Positions 36,351 through 51,399 of a stretch of DNA of 64,000 nt are shown here, piece after piece; positions within the stretch are counted from its first letter, which is position 1; each line of letters begins with the position of its first letter. The position numbers and the translations under genes are program-made. The DNA comes from Obrimoposthia wandeli (taxonomy: Eukaryota): positions 186,001 through 250,000 of the forward strand of contig CDROCS010002233.1 of the NCBI GenBank assembly GCA_977020255.1, in the 5' to 3' direction. The notes beneath the pieces are model-generated. The model ran no database searches, was not told the DNA's origin, and saw only the letters and a list, made by a program, of their open reading frames with translations.

Positions 36351-37479
36351 ATATTTATGTTTTAAGTCTAAATTAAGGAATACTAGTAGTTATTTAATAG
36401 TTTAAAGCAGAATAGTCATCAATAACAATTATTAAAAAATTGTGAATTAATTATTGTTGCTCTTTGAAAAAATTTCTGAATTGAACACACAATACTTTAT
36501 TGACAGTGTTGTCTCTATGAAGGTAAAAAAATTTAAATGAGAAATTATGTGTTAAAATGTAAATATAGTACTCAGATGCGAGTAGTTAAGTTAAAATCAA
36601 AATTTAATAACTTTCAGGCATTAGTAAAATGTAACTGAAAGACAAATACATCATACTATTAAATTCAAATAATAAAATATATAATACACGTATATTCACA
36701 TAGATTAATATAGTCAATGAAAATGAATGTATTATAAACAAAACAAACTAAAACCTGTTCTGTGCTCTGTTATATTTGATAATTATTATATTTTAATGGA
36801 TTATTATTTCCAACTAATTCATTAGTAAATATTTCTGTCTTCAGTAAAAGCAGCAACAATTATGATCAGTAAAACTTATATTTTCAGGATTAACAATAAA
36901 AATTATGTTTTAATCAGTAAATACAGTCATAATTTAGGTTTTCTGTAATAACAGTAATAACTATGATCAGTAATTATCAATGATTTCTGTAATAACAGTA
37001 ATAAATATTGTCATCTTCTTTTGTGTAGCAATAGAAAAAAAATCTTAGAAATTATATCAAATCTTTCTATGCTAAACAGTTTTATATTTATTTTTCTGTC
37101 ATAAGTGACATTATATAAATTTGCAGACACAATCATTTAAATTGACACAGATAAAACAGTAAAATAACAGGTGTGTATATGTGGTGCACTTAAAATTGGG
37201 CTGGCAGAAAAATAGATATATGATGCAGTAATTCCTTCTGTCTTATCTCCTACTTCGCGGGATTTCTACCGCGAAGCATAGGATAAAAACTGGCCATCGC
37301 TATCTATAAAAGCGCGGTTTAACTGTGGGCACTTCGATAAATTAATTTAAACTATATATTTCAATTCCAATATATAGACCACATTATGATTTTTTTAATA
37401 AACATAAAAATAAACAATATTAATGAGAATGAAAAAGAGAACATAACAAAAAATAATAAAAAAATATATTTACATAAAA

Positions 37480-38230
37480 TTGTAATAAGGTTTCATCAGT
37501 AAAACCATTGAAGTTTTCGTCTTCAGTGTCTGAAGGAAATCGCTCAGTCTGATTCGGCGAAATTGAGTCTACTATCTCGTTATCAGCTTCATTCTAAGTT
37601 TTTATATTTGAAATACTTCCTAATAATTCCAACCTTTTCAAATCCGTTTATTATACACGGAGGTGGTACTACCTTTCATGCTTGTATAATCTATTATGTG
37701 ACTTCCTTGAAGGTAGCTCTTCGCATTATGCCAGTTTTTTGTGAAACAGTGTTTGCCAGTCATCATCAAGTACTCCCAGATATTTTGTAAATTTGCTTTA
37801 AATGTTTTATTTACAAATATATCTAATGGCTACATCCCTTTTGTAAAGCCTTCCAGAATGGAATAGAGTTCTGAGAAATTATCATTTTTTGACTGGTTTG
37901 GTTATATGTGCCCTCTTGAGCGATACAACTCAATGGCAAAATAAAAATAATCATTTAATGCATAATAATTATGTTAATGAAAGGAAAATAGTATTTCCGG
38001 TTAACCGCTTTCTGCTCTAATTATCAAAAAATATAATATATCCCAAAAACCCAAATAGTTATATGATCTTTTCGAGCCAGGTGCAGCTAGCATGTCTAAT
38101 AGGCCGGGTCGAAATTTTATATTTGAATTACACATTATGCCTTGAGTTCCCTTTGCGTTCCTGAACAACATACTAAAATTACATTGCCATGCGACCCACC
38201 CTACCCCTCGCATACGACCCCATCATTTTT
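37480..38230 (-). mobile_element. pogo/Tigger-like transposase relic
   Basis: GIMRRATFKEVT*.IIQA*KVVPPPCIINGFEKVGII and acidic tail FPSDTEDENFNGFTDE fit the pogo DDE C-terminus. Confidence 0.55.
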
Positions 38231-38739
38231 GTTAAATCTATGGACATTGTCTATACATATTATGCACAAAGATGATGACTGCAGATTGGCTTACAAATCT
38301 CTAATAACGAACAGTGATTAAATATTAGAAATATTTGATCCGAATATTTCCAGTAATATATCAATGGATATGAGAAACTATAAGAATAAAATAAAAACAA
38401 GAAGCAGCTGAAGACGAATAATAATGAAATATAGAAAGCACTTCTGGGTAATAAATCATATACTTATTAAATATTAGAGCAATTGAGTAATTTAATTGAT
38501 TGTGATCAATAAAGTTGTAAGAAGTGTTGTATCAGATACGAATAATTTAATGTGATTGACCGTGATCAAGCCATAAATTGATTCACGAGCACCCAAGTAA
38601 TAAGTTCTGTGTTGTTTTAGCTTGAAGAAATAAGTAGTTTTGTTTAAAATACTATCCTTGTAATTTTGGTAAAGTTTTAAATAAATAATTTAGAAATAAT
38701 CACGATGCTCTAATTTAGTTATTGTATACGAATCGGATA

Positions 38740-39190
38740 ATACTCGTGACTCCAGAGTAAAATCAGTAGGGTCATTACCGCGTTTTAACCCACATATTTT
38801 TCGATACAACGTGTAGAAACGATCATAAGGCTGAAACCTACCCTATTAGACGAATACCTCTACTGATATCAGAAAGGTGGGAAACGAATTATAATCGCCC
38901 GGCTTCTAAAATGCCATGCCTAGTCTAGGCTTAGCCAGATTATTTTTTTCAATTATAAACTACCTTCAGCCTCGCCGGCTATTTTGCAGACCGAAATCAT
39001 ACTATAATAGTTTTAGGGTTATATTCAGATAAACTGTACACAACACACTCACATACTATAAAACACCTGTAGACTAGATAAATTAGGTAGGCCAAGGCCA
39101 CCCATAAAACCTATTTTTATAGAACTCACGTTTGGGGCCTCCACACGAGGATTCTAGAAAGAGTTTCAGTAGAAAACCACCAACAAATAC
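38740..39190 (+). mobile_element. LTR 3' portion, family of 4027-5050
   Basis: TAGAACTCACGTTTGGGGCCTCCACACGAGGATTCTA...AACCACCAACA. Confidence 0.5.
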
Positions 39191-40449
39191 ATGGTTGTTA
39201 TTGATAAATTGCTTAATTTGGCAAGAATAACGTGAAACGTATTAAAATTATTGGTTTCCAATCAATTTATAACACATTGTTAAATACTTTATTCTCAATA
39301 TAGCAAATATGCAACAACACAAAAAATGTTTAATCGCAACATTCATTTTGTGTTTTGTTTATATTTATCTGTTACGGGAAACTTTTATGTTTAAAGACTT
39401 ACATATGATAAAAACGTTACGTCTAATGAAAAAGATATATATTAAAACAAAAGTTCTTAAGACATTAAACTTTATTTTTCTTCTTTTTCTAGATTTATAA
39501 AATCATACATTAAAGGGTTTGATTACGACACAATTTACAGCAGACGTCCAAAGCTTTGAAAACCTTTTATCATATTAATTTTGAAGAGTTTATGATCTAT
39601 AATTTTAAGATGCGAATTACTATTTTTTCAATTTAGCAATACAATGAAGTATCTTGCTTCTCTATCTGAGACCTGTAATTCGAAACCGTCCTAATTATAC
39701 ATTGAAATTTAACAATCTTAAATGAAGCAATTATTAGAGAAATCTGATTAAAATGAGTAACGTAAGAAAATAATTTCACCTTTGGTTCGATTTGTCTGTT
39801 TGATAATCTCTTTTTCCTGATTCAAAACCTTCTTTTTTTCTTCCTTATTTTCTCTTTGGTATTTCTGAAAATTTTAATTTCAATATTAATAAACGTCAAT
39901 CAATAAATATATCTCAGATCAAATTGACTAAGTGAAGAATATAATTCGATATTATTTTTGTTTTTATTGTTGAGTAAATTTATTTATTTAACAATTTCTG
40001 AAATATAACAGGTTCTAGAAATCACAAACAACTTCTAAAAATGAAATCGTTGAATATGAGTATCAACAATTGTCTAATTTTAAAAGGTTTGAAAAGACTT
40101 GAATAGAAAACCTTTGGCTATTTAATTATAAAAATTAGGGTTTTAATAAGCAATATATTTTCTGAATGTTGTAAAGACTGTATAAATAGTATCGTAGACC
40201 CTAGGCAATTTGAGAACTCATGTGTCTTAAAACCAGATATTATTGTAGATTATTGATTATATTTCAAACACTAAATAAATCTATAGCGAATTAAAGAATA
40301 AATTATTGGATTGAAGGAAACTTTTGAAAGTAAATGACTTTAACCGTTTACTATTTGTATTAAATTATATTATAGAGGTTTAGTTTTAAAAAACCGCCCA
40401 CAATTGATGGACATAAAAGATGTCAGGAATCGGGTCATGAAAATAGAAA

Positions 40450-42110
40450 AAAAAAGCTACGAAAGACGATATGACGAAAATATATGAAAGGTATTTTGAA
40501 AAACTAACAACCGATTTTGGAAATAACAATTCAGAATTTTCTTGAGTCAAATAGCGACAATCAGTCTTCCAGCATATTTAACTGCGATGTACAAATCGTG
40601 TTTCCATCAGAAATGCTGCAATCCCATATCCAACTGATGTGCAGAATGTGAATTTAAATGTAGAACGCAGCAATGATCCAGCTGAATGGGATTTGAATGC
40701 TGAAACTATTAATAATTTTGCCAAAAATACTCCATAGCAAATGGTTAAATAATCAGAGGAAGCTGGTTAATTTATTTCCCTTCGTCGGGAAAGTGTTTTG
40801 TTATGTTTGCAAGCTTTTTAGTACTCCCGTTCAATGTAGTAAACAATTTAAAACGAGATTTGATGATTATAAAAATGCTGTTGTAAGAATTAATGTCCAA
40901 GAAAAGTCAAAAGATCACTTAGGTGTTCTTTCAACTATGGTAGAGTGTAGCAAGTCTAATCGCATTGATAGTCAGCTTCAAGACTTAAAAAAACATGCAA
41001 GTACTGAATTGAATTTTTGAAAAGAATTGTTAATGTAATATAATTTCTTGTTGAGTGTGGGCTTGCTTTCCGTGGAGATAATGAGTTGCATTTTAACAAA
41101 GATAATAGGAAATTTCTTGGTTGCATTGAACTTGTGGCTGAGTTTGATCCTTCACTCAAAGAACATGAAAAGGAAATGTTATAATCTTTCTTCCACAATT
41201 TGCAATTAATTTATTGAAAATTGGGCGAGAAAGTATTGCAACAAATAGTATCGGAGATAAAGGAAGCTAAATATTATAGAGTTAGCTTCGGTTCTACGCC
41301 TGATGCTGGCAATATGCATCAGCTGTAATTTATTATAAGATACGTATTTCAGAATGGAAATGTGATTGAGTGTTTTCTTAAATTTATTCCAATTGAACGT
41401 CATGATGGAAAATTCCTTTTCAACATACTACAAAATAATTTGAATCATCACGGAATTGATATCAATAACTGCAGATCACAATCACATGACAACGCAAGTA
41501 GTATATCCGGGATTTATTCTGGCGTACAGACAATATTACGAGAAGTGAATAAACTAGCTTAATGGGTACCATGTTCTGCTCACAGTCTTAATTTGGTTGG
41601 AGTAGCTGCTGCAGAATGCTGCTCAGAGGCAGTTAAATGTTTTTGGATTTTTACAATCGGTATACACCTTTTTACATCTTCAAAAGATGGTTAAAATTAA
41701 AAGTAAACATGAGAGATAAATCTTTAATCGTTCAAAGTTTAGCATAACCGAGATGGTCAGCACAAAGCGATGCTGTTAAAGCATTTCATACGAACTATTT
41801 TGAAATTTGTCAGACATTACTAGACATTGCTGATTGCAAGCATCGACCTCCAGCTGTTGCTCATTTGGCAAATTCGTTAGCTAAGAAATTTAATAATCTT
41901 GCAACAATATTAATGAGTTGGATATGGAGTGATTGCTTGAAAATATTTTGCCTGGTTTAGAAGTATGCACTATAATTAAATTATGCGATGGTCTTATTTT
42001 CCATTTTATTGAAGTATGAAATAAATTGGGCGAGTTTGAAATCAATGCAAAAAACTGTCGTTATCGGAATACAAAAATCAACTCAAATGATCCCGAAACA
42101 ATTTTTTGAT
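40450..42110 (+). mobile_element. hAT (ZMYM1-like) transposase relic, 5' part, interrupted by a Polinton
   Basis: FLVECGLAFRGDNE...FLGCIELVAEFDPSLKEH; IECFLKFIPIE; CRSQSHDNASSISGIYSGVQ; WVPCSAHSLNLVG. Confidence 0.85.
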
Positions 42111-45100
42111 AGTAGGTAGAAGGATGGAGTCTAGATCACTTGACCCCTACCCCTCCCCTCCTCCCTAAAGGGTGTCACACCATAAGGATGTCTTGCCACA
42201 CCATACGGGTATATGTTGCCTCACCTCCGGCAATTTGAACTCTTCCACAAAGGAATCATCCAAATTTGTTGGATAAGCTGCTACCAACTCTTTTGCTTTT
42301 TAAGCTTGTCAATAATCGTATAGAATGAATTTATTCGGAAATTTTCACAGACCTTGGCTTGATTCTGAAATATCAGATTCATCAAAAGTAGGTAGAAGGA
42401 TGGAGTCTAGATCACTTGACCCCCCCCCTAAAGGGTGTCACACCATAAGGATGTCTTGCCACACCATACGGGTATATGTTGCCTCACCTCCGGCAATTTG
42501 AACTCTTCCACAAAGGAATCATCCAAATTTGTTGGATAAGCTGCTACCAACTCTTTTGCTTTTTAAGCTTGTCAATAATCGTATAGAATGAATTTATTCT
42601 TTCACAGACCTTGGCTTCTGAAATATCAGATTCATCAAAAGTAGGTAGAAGGATGGAGTCTAGATCACTTGCTAAAGTGTGTCACACCATGTCTTGCCAC
42701 ACCATACGGGTATATGTTGCCTCAATCGTAGCGAACTCTTCCACAAAGGAATCATCCAAATTTGTTGGATAAGCTGCTACCAACTCTTTTGCTTTTTAAG
42801 CTTGTCAATAATCGTATAGAATGAATTTATTCGGAAATTTTCACAGACCTTGGCTTGATTCTGAAATATCAGATTCATCAAAAGTAGGTAGAAGGATGGA
42901 GTCTAGATCACTTGACCCCCCCCCTAAAGGGTGTCACACAAGGATGTCTTGCCACACCATACGGGTATATGTTGCCTCACCTCCGGCAATTTGAACTCTT
43001 CCCACAAAGGAATCATCAAATTTGTTGGATAGAAGCTGCTACCAACTCTTTTTTTTTAAACCATAATCGTATAGAATGAATTTATTCGGAAATTTTCACG
43101 AACCTTGGCAGTTACCGAGCTATCAGATTCATCAAAGTAGGTGAAAGGATGGAGTCTGAATCCTTGACCCCCCCTAAAAGTGTCACACCATAAGGATGTC
43201 TTGCCACACCATACGGGTATATGTTGCCTCACCGCCGGCAATTTGAACTCTTCCACAAAGGAATCATCAAATTTGTTGGATAAGCTGCTACCAACTCTTT
43301 TTGCTTTTTAAGCACATCCAATAATCATATAGAATGATTTATTCGGAAATTTTCACAGACCTTGGCTTGATTCTGGAAATATCAGATTCATCAAAAGTAG
43401 GTAGAAGGATGGAGTCTAGATCATTGACCCCCTAAAAGGGTGTCACACCATAAGGATGTCTTGCCACACCATACGGGTATATGTTGCCTCACCTCCGGCG
43501 TTTGAACTCTTCCACAAGGAATCATCAAATTTGTTGGATAAGCTGCTACCAAACTCTTTTGCTTTTTAAGCTTGTCAATAATCGTATAGAATGAATTTGT
43601 TCAGGAAATTTTTCACAGACCTTGGCTTGATTCTGGAAATATCAGATTCATCAAAAGAAGTAGGTAGAAGGATGGAGTCTAGATCACCGACCCCCCTAAA
43701 GGGTGTCACACCATAAGGATGTCTTGCCACACCATACGGGTATATGTTGCCTCACCTCCGGCAATTTGAACTCTCCCACCAAGGCATCAGCCAAATTTGT
43801 TGGATAAGCAGCTACCAACTCTTTTGCTTTTTAAGCTGGTCAATAATCGTATAGAATGAAGTTATTCGGAAATTTTCACAGACCTTGGCGATTCACCGAA
43901 ATATCAGATTCATCAAAAGTAGGTAGAAAAGGATGGAGTCTGAGATCGCCCGGCCCCCCCTAAAGGGTGTCACACCATAGATTCTTGCCACACTCTTGTT
44001 AAATTGCCTCACCTCCGGCAATTTGAACTCCTTCCACAAAGGAATATCCAAATTTGTTGGAAGGACCAACTCTTTTGCTTTTTAAGTCTAATCGATAGAA
44101 TGCGTTGTTTTCAAAATTTCACAGACCTTGGCTTGATTCTGAAATATATCAGATTCCAAAAGTAAGGTAGAAGGATGGAGTCAGATCACTTGACCCCCTA
44201 AAAGGGTGTCAACCATGGGATGTCTTGCCACACCATACGGGTATGTTGCCTCATGGCAATTGCCTCACAAAGGAATCACATCAAATTTGTTGGATAAGCG
44301 CTACCAACTCTTTTTGCTTTTTAAGCTTGTCAATAATCGATAGAATGAATTTATTCGGAAATTTTCACAGACCTTCTTGATTCTGAAATATCAATTCATC
44401 AAAAGGGTAAAGAAGGATGGAGTCATCACCCCCTAAAAGGGTTCACACCATGTTCTTGCCACACCATACGGGTATATGTTGCCTCACCTCCGCTTTTGCT
44501 CTTCCACAAAGGAATCATCCAAATTTGTTGGATAAGCTGCTACCAACTCTTTTGCTTTTTAAGCTTGTCAATAATCGTATAGAATGAATTTATTCGGAAA
44601 TTTTCACAGACCTTGGCTTGATTCTGAAATATCAGATTCATCAAAAGTAGGTAGAAGGATGGAGTCTAGATCACTTGACCCCCCCCCTAAAGGGTGTCAC
44701 ACCATAAGGATGTCTTGCCACACCATACGGGTATATGTTGCCTCACCTCCGGCAATTTGAACTCTTCCACAAAGGAATCATCCAAATTTGTTGGATAAGC
44801 TGCTACCAACTCTTTTGCTTTTTTAAACATCAATAATCTTAGAATAGTTGTTAATTTTCGGAAATTTTCACAGACCTTTAAAATATCAGCTCAAAAGTGC
44901 GATGAGAGAAGGATGTCAATAATAAAGGGTGTCACACCATAAGGATGTCTTGCCACACCATACGTATAGAATTTTGAACTCTTCCACAAAGGAATCATCC
45001 AAATTTGTTGGAAAGCTGCTACCAACTCTCTTTTGCTTTTAAGCTTATTCGTATAGAATAGATTTATTCCGAAATTTTTCACAGACCTTGGCTTGATTCT

Positions 45101-48100
45101 GAAATATCAGATTCATCAAAGTAGGTAGAAGGATGGAGTCTAGATCTTGACCCCCTAAAGGGTGTCACACCATAAAGGATGTCTTGCCACACCATACGGG
45201 TATAGCACTCACCTCCGGCAATTTGAACTCTTCCACAAAGGAATCATCCAAATTTGTTGGATAAGCTGCTACCAACTCTTTTGCTTTTAAGCTTGTCAAT
45301 AATCGTATAGAATTGAATTTATTCAGGAAATTTTCACAGACCTTGGCTTGATTCTGAAATATCAGATTCATCAAAAGTAGGTAGAAGGATGGAGTCTAGA
45401 TCACTTGACCCCCTAAAAAGATGTCACACCATAAGGATGTCTTGCCACGGGTTTGCCTCACCTCCGGCTTAATTTGGGCTCTTCCTGAGAATCTCTTCAC
45501 AAAGAATTTGTTGGATAAGCAAATTTGTTGGATAAGCTGCAACTAAACATCAATAATCATATGGAATGAATTTATTCCCAAATTTTCACAGACCTTGGCT
45601 TGTTCACAAACTATCAGCCCACACCATACGAATTTTATATATTGCCTCACCTCCAGGAGATTGTTGGATAAGCTGCCACCATCTTTTGCTTTTTAAGGTC
45701 AATATGTATTTTCACAGACCTTGGCTTGATTCTGAAATAATTTGGGTCTAGATCCTTGACCCCCCTAAGGGTGTCACACCATAGGATGTCTTGCCACACC
45801 ATACAGTATATATTTCATTATTGGATCAGCTGCTACCAACTCTTTTTGCTTTTTAGCTTGTCAATAATCGTATAGAATGAATTTATTCGGAAATTGGCAT
45901 TCAAAGTAGGTAATGTGACCCCCTAAAGGGTGTCACACCATAAGGATGTCTTGCCACACCATACGGGTATATGTTGCCTCACCTCCGGCAATTTGAACTC
46001 TTCCACAAAGGAATCATCCAAATTTGTTGGATAAGCTGCTACCAACTCTTTTGCTTTTTAAGCTTGTCAATAATCGTATAGAATGAATTTATTCGGAAAT
46101 TTTCACAGACCTTGGCTTGATTCTGAAATATCAGATTCATCAAAAGTAGGTAGAAGGATGGAGTCTAGATCACTTGACCCCCCCCCTAAAGGGTGTCACA
46201 CCATAAGGATGTCGTTGGACACCATACGGTTAAAAATTGCCTCACCTCCGGCAATTTGAACTCTTCCACAAAGAATCATCCAAATTTGTTGGATAAGCTG
46301 CTACCAACTCTTTTTGCTTTTTTAAGCTTGTCAATAATCGTATAGAATGAATTTATTCGGAAATTTTCACAGACCTTGGCTTGATTCTGAAATATCAGAT
46401 TCATCAAAAGTAGGTAGAAGGATGAGTCTAGATCCTTGACCCCCTAAAGGGTGTCACACCATAAGGATGTCTTGCCACACCATACGGGTATATGTTGCCT
46501 CACCTCCGGCAATTTGAACTCTTCCACAAAGGAATCATCCAAATTTGTTGGATAAGCTGCTACCAACTCTTTTGCTTTTTAAGCTTGTCAATAATCGTAT
46601 AGAATGAATTTATTCGGAAATTTTCACAGACCTTGGCTTGATTCTGAAATATCAGATTCATCAAAAGTAGGTAGAAGGATGAGTCTAGATCTTATTTCCC
46701 TAAAGGGTGTCACCCATGGGATGTCTTGCCACCATAATTTATATGTTGCCTCTGCCTCCATGTTTGAACTCTTCCACAAAGGAATCCATTGTTGAAGGAC
46801 CAACTCTTTTTGTTTTTAAGCTTGTCAATAATCGTATAGAATAGATTTATTCGAAATTTTCACAGACAGCTACGAAATATCAGATTCATCAAAAGTATAG
46901 AAGAGTGGAGTTGAATCATGACCCCCTAGGGGTATGCACCTAGGATATCTTGCCACACCATACGGGTATATGTTGCCTCACCTCCGGCATTTGAACTCTT
47001 CCACAAAGGAATCATCAAATTTGTTGGATAAGCTGCTACCAACTCTTTTTGCTTTTTAAGCTTGTAATAATCGTATAGAATGAATTTATTCGAAATTTCT
47101 AGACCTTGGCGATTCTGAAATATCAGATTCATCAAAGTAGGTAGAAGGAATTGGAGATCTCTGAATCTACTTGACCCCTAAAAGATTGTCACACCATAGG
47201 TTATCTCTTGCCACACCATACAGGCTGTTGCCTCACCTCAGCAATTTGAACTCTTCCACAAAGAATGTCCAAATTTGTTGGATAAGCTGCTACCAACTCT
47301 TTTGCTTTTAAGCTTATCAATAATCGTATAGGCCAATTTATTCGAAAATTTTCACAGACCTTGGCGATTCTGAAATATCCAGATTCATCAAAAGTAGGTA
47401 GAAGGATGGAGTCTGATCACTTGACGGACACCATTGTCTCCACAGGGTACCTACACCTCCGGCAATTTGAACTCTTCCACAAAGGAATCATCCAAATTTG
47501 TTGGATAAGCTGCTACCAACTCTTTGCTTTTTTAAGCTTGTCAATAATCGTATAGAATAATGAATTTATTCCGGAAATTTCACAGACCTTGGCTTGATTC
47601 TGAAATATCAGATTCATCAAAAGTAAGGTAGTAAGAAGGATGGAGTCTAGATCACTTGACCCCCCTAAAGTGTGTCACACCATAAAGGATGTCTTGCCAC
47701 ACCATACGGGTATATGTTGCCTCACTCCGGCGAGGTTGAACTCTTCCACAAAGGAATCGCCAAATTTGTTGGATAAGCTTGCTACCAACTCTTTTGCTTT
47801 TTAAACTGTCAATAATCGTATAGGAATAGAATTTATCTGGAAATTTTCACAGACCTTTGGCTTGATTCTGAAATGTCGATTCATCAAAAGTAGGTAGAAG
47901 GATGGAAGTCTCAGATCACTTGACCCCCCTAAAAGGGTGTCACACCATATGATGTCTTGCCACACCATACGGGTATATGTTGCCTCACCTCCGGCAATTT
48001 GAACTCTTCCACAAAGGAATCATCCAAATTTGTTGGATAAGCTGCTACCAACTCTTTTGCTTTTTAAGCTTGTCAATAATCGTATAGAATAGATTTATTC

Positions 48101-51100
48101 GGAAATTTTCACAGATCGGCTTTCAGATTCTGAAATATCAGATTCATCAAAAGTAGGTAGAAGGATGGAGTCTAGATCAGTTGACCCCCCTAAAGGGTGT
48201 CACACCATAAGGATGTCTTACACACCATACGGGTATATGTTGCTGACCTCCGGCAATTTGAACTCTTCCACAAAGGAATCATCCAAATTTGTTGGATTCT
48301 TTCTACCAACTCTTTTGCTTTTTAAGCTTGTCACATATCGTATAGAATGAATTTATTCGGAAATTTTCACAGACCTTGGCTTGATTCTGAAATATCAGAT
48401 TCATCAAAAGTAGGTAGAAGGATGGAGTCTAGATCACTTGACCCCCCCCCTAAAGGGTGTCACACCATAAGGATGTCTTGCCACACCATACGGGTATATG
48501 TTGCCTCACCTCCGGCAATTTGAACTCTTCCACAAAGGAATCATCCAAATTTGTTGGATAAGCTGCTACCAACTCTTTTGCTTTTTAAGCTTGTCAATAA
48601 TCGTATAGAATGAATTTATTCGGAAATTTTCACAGACCTTGGCTTGATTCTGAAATATCAGATTCATCAAAAGTAGGTAGAAGGATGGAGTGTGATCCAC
48701 ACCCATAGGTCTCCACACCATACGGGTCTTGCCACATTTGTTTCCCACAGGTCATGTAAGCTGCTACAACTCTTTAAGCTTGCTCGTAAGCGGCAATAAT
48801 CGTATACTCTTTTGACAAAGGATCGGAAAAATTTCACAGGACCTTGCTGCTACCAACTCTTTTGCTTTTTAAGCTTGTCAATAATCGTATAGAATGAATT
48901 TATTCGGAAATTTTTCACAGACAGCTTGATTCTGAAATATCAGATTCATCAAAGTAGGTAGAAGGATGGAGTCTAGATCACTTGAAGCCCCCTAAAGATT
49001 GTCACACCATAAGGATGTCTTGCCACACCATACGGGTATATGTTGCCTCACACTCCGGCAATTTGAACTCTTCCACAAAGGAATCATCCAAATTTGTTGG
49101 ATAAGCTGCTACCAACTCTTTTTGCTTGCTTTTAAGCTTGTGTCCAATAATCGGCGTATAGAATGAATTTATTCCGGAAATTTCACAGACCTTGGCGATT
49201 CTGAAGCCATCAGATTCATCAAAGTAGGTAGAAGGATGGAGTCTAGATCACTTGACCCCCCCCCTAAAGGGTGTCACACCATAAGGATGTCTTGCCACAC
49301 CATACGGGTATATGTTGCCTCACCTCCGGCAATTTGAACTCTTCCACAAAGGAATCATCCAAATTTGTTGGATAAGCTGCTACCAACTCTTTTGCTTTTT
49401 AAGCTTGTCAATAATCGTATAGAATGAATTTATTCGGAAATTTTCACAGACCTTGGCTTGATTCTGAAATATCAGATTCATCAAAAGTAGGTAGAAGGAT
49501 GGAGTCTAGATCACTTGACCCCCCCCTAAAGGGTGTCACACCATAAGGATGTCTTGCCACACCATACGGGTATATGTTGCCTCACCTCCGGCAATTTGAA
49601 CTCTTCCACAAAGGAATCATCCAAATTTGTTGGATAAGCTGCTACCAACTCTTTTGCTTTTTAAGCTTGTCAATAATCGTATAGAATGAATTTATTCCAG
49701 GAAATTTTCACAGACCTTACAGGCTTGATTCTGAAATATCAGATTCATCAAAAGTAGGTAGAAGGATGGAGTCTAGATCACTTCTTGACCCCCCTAAAGG
49801 GTGTCACACCATAAGGATGTCTTGCCACACCATGCAGATTTATATGTTGCCTCACTCCGGCAATTTGAACTCTTCCACAAAGGAATCATCCAAATTTGTT
49901 GGATAAGCTGCTACCAACTCTTTTGCTTTTTAAGCTTGTCAATCATAGAATGAATTTATTCGGAAATTTTCATGGCTTGATTCCTGATGAATTAGGTAGA
50001 AGGATGTCTCGACTTCAAAGACACTCATAAAGGTCTTGCCACACCATACGGTATATGTTGCTCACCTCCGGCACCTTCCACAAAGGAATCTTATCCAAAT
50101 TTGTTGGATAAGCTCTACCAACTCTTTTGCTTTTTAAGCTATATCAGAATGAATTTATTCATTTTCAAACCTTGGCTTGATTCTGAAATATCAGATTCAT
50201 CAAAAGTAGTAGAAGGATGGAGTCTAGATCACTTGGACTTCCCCAGCGTGTCACAAGGATGTCTTGCCACACCATCGGGTATATAAGCACCACTCTCCGG
50301 CAATTTGAACTCTTCCACAAAGGAATCATCCAAATTTGTCTTACCAACTCTTTTGCTTTTTAAGCTTGTCACACCATAGAATGAATTTATTCGGAAATTT
50401 CTCACAGACCTTGGCTTTGATTCTACTATCAGATTCATCAAAAGTAGGTAGAAGGATGGAGTCTAGATCACTGACCCCTAAAGGGTGCGTCACACCATAA
50501 GGATGTCTTGCCACACCATACGGGTATATGTTGCTCACCTCTGCAATTTGAACTCTTCCACAAAGGAATTATCCAAATTTGTTGGATAAGCTGCCAACAA
50601 CTCTTTTTGTTTTTGCAGTTTGTCAATAATCATATAGAATGAATTTATTCGAAATTTTCACAGACCTTGGCTTGATTCTAAATATCAGATCATCAAAGTA
50701 GGTAGAAGGATGGAGTCTGATCTTTGACTTCCCCTAAAGGGTGTCACACCATAAGGATGTCTTGCCACACCATACGGGTATATGTTGCTCACCTCCAGCA
50801 ATTTGAACTCTTCCACAAAGGAATCATCCAAATTTGTTGGAAAATCTGCTACCAACTCTGTTGCTTTTTTGCTTGTCAATAATCGTATAGAATAATTTAT
50901 TCGGAAATTTTCACAGCCCTTGGCTTGATTCTGAAATATCAGATTCATCAAAAGTAGGTAGAAGGATGGAGTCTAGATCACTTGACCCCCCTAAAGAATG
51001 TCACACCATAAGGATGTCTTGCCTACAGGGTATATGTTGCCTCACCTCTTTAATTTGAACTCTTCCACAAAGGAATCATCCAAATTTGTTGGATAAGCTG

Positions 51101-51270
51101 CTACTACAACTCTTTTGCTTTTTTAAGCTTGTCAATAATCGTATAGAATGAATTTATTCGGAAATTTTCACAGACCTGGCTTGATCTGAAATATCAGATT
51201 CATCAAAAGTAGGTAGAAGGATGGAGTCTAGATCACACCACCCATAAGGATGGTCTTTACGAGTTGCTCT
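42111..51270 (+). repeat. ~263-bp tandem array, roughly 35 units
   Basis: Clean units start at 48409 and 48672. Each unit is the reverse complement of 52857-53117 plus a CAA link. Confidence 0.95.
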
Positions 51271-51399
51271 CACCGGAGGTGAGGCAACATATACTATGGT
51301 GTGCAATACATCCACTACACCACAGGGAAGGAAGGGAGGGGGAGGCGGAGGGAGTAGAGGGTCAAGTGATCTGGGACTCCACTTCTTTGATACTTCCTT

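Noticed and set aside
36770-37140. Segment duplicated as 31640-31725 plus 34035-34230
   Set aside because: An ordinary diverged dispersed repeat; it is useful only to show that 31730-34030 is inserted material.
42111-51270. CRISPR-like repeat-spacer array or coding repeat
   Set aside because: There are no unique spacers; the whole unit repeats. The many short ORFs are TIR and hAT fragments read across junctions.
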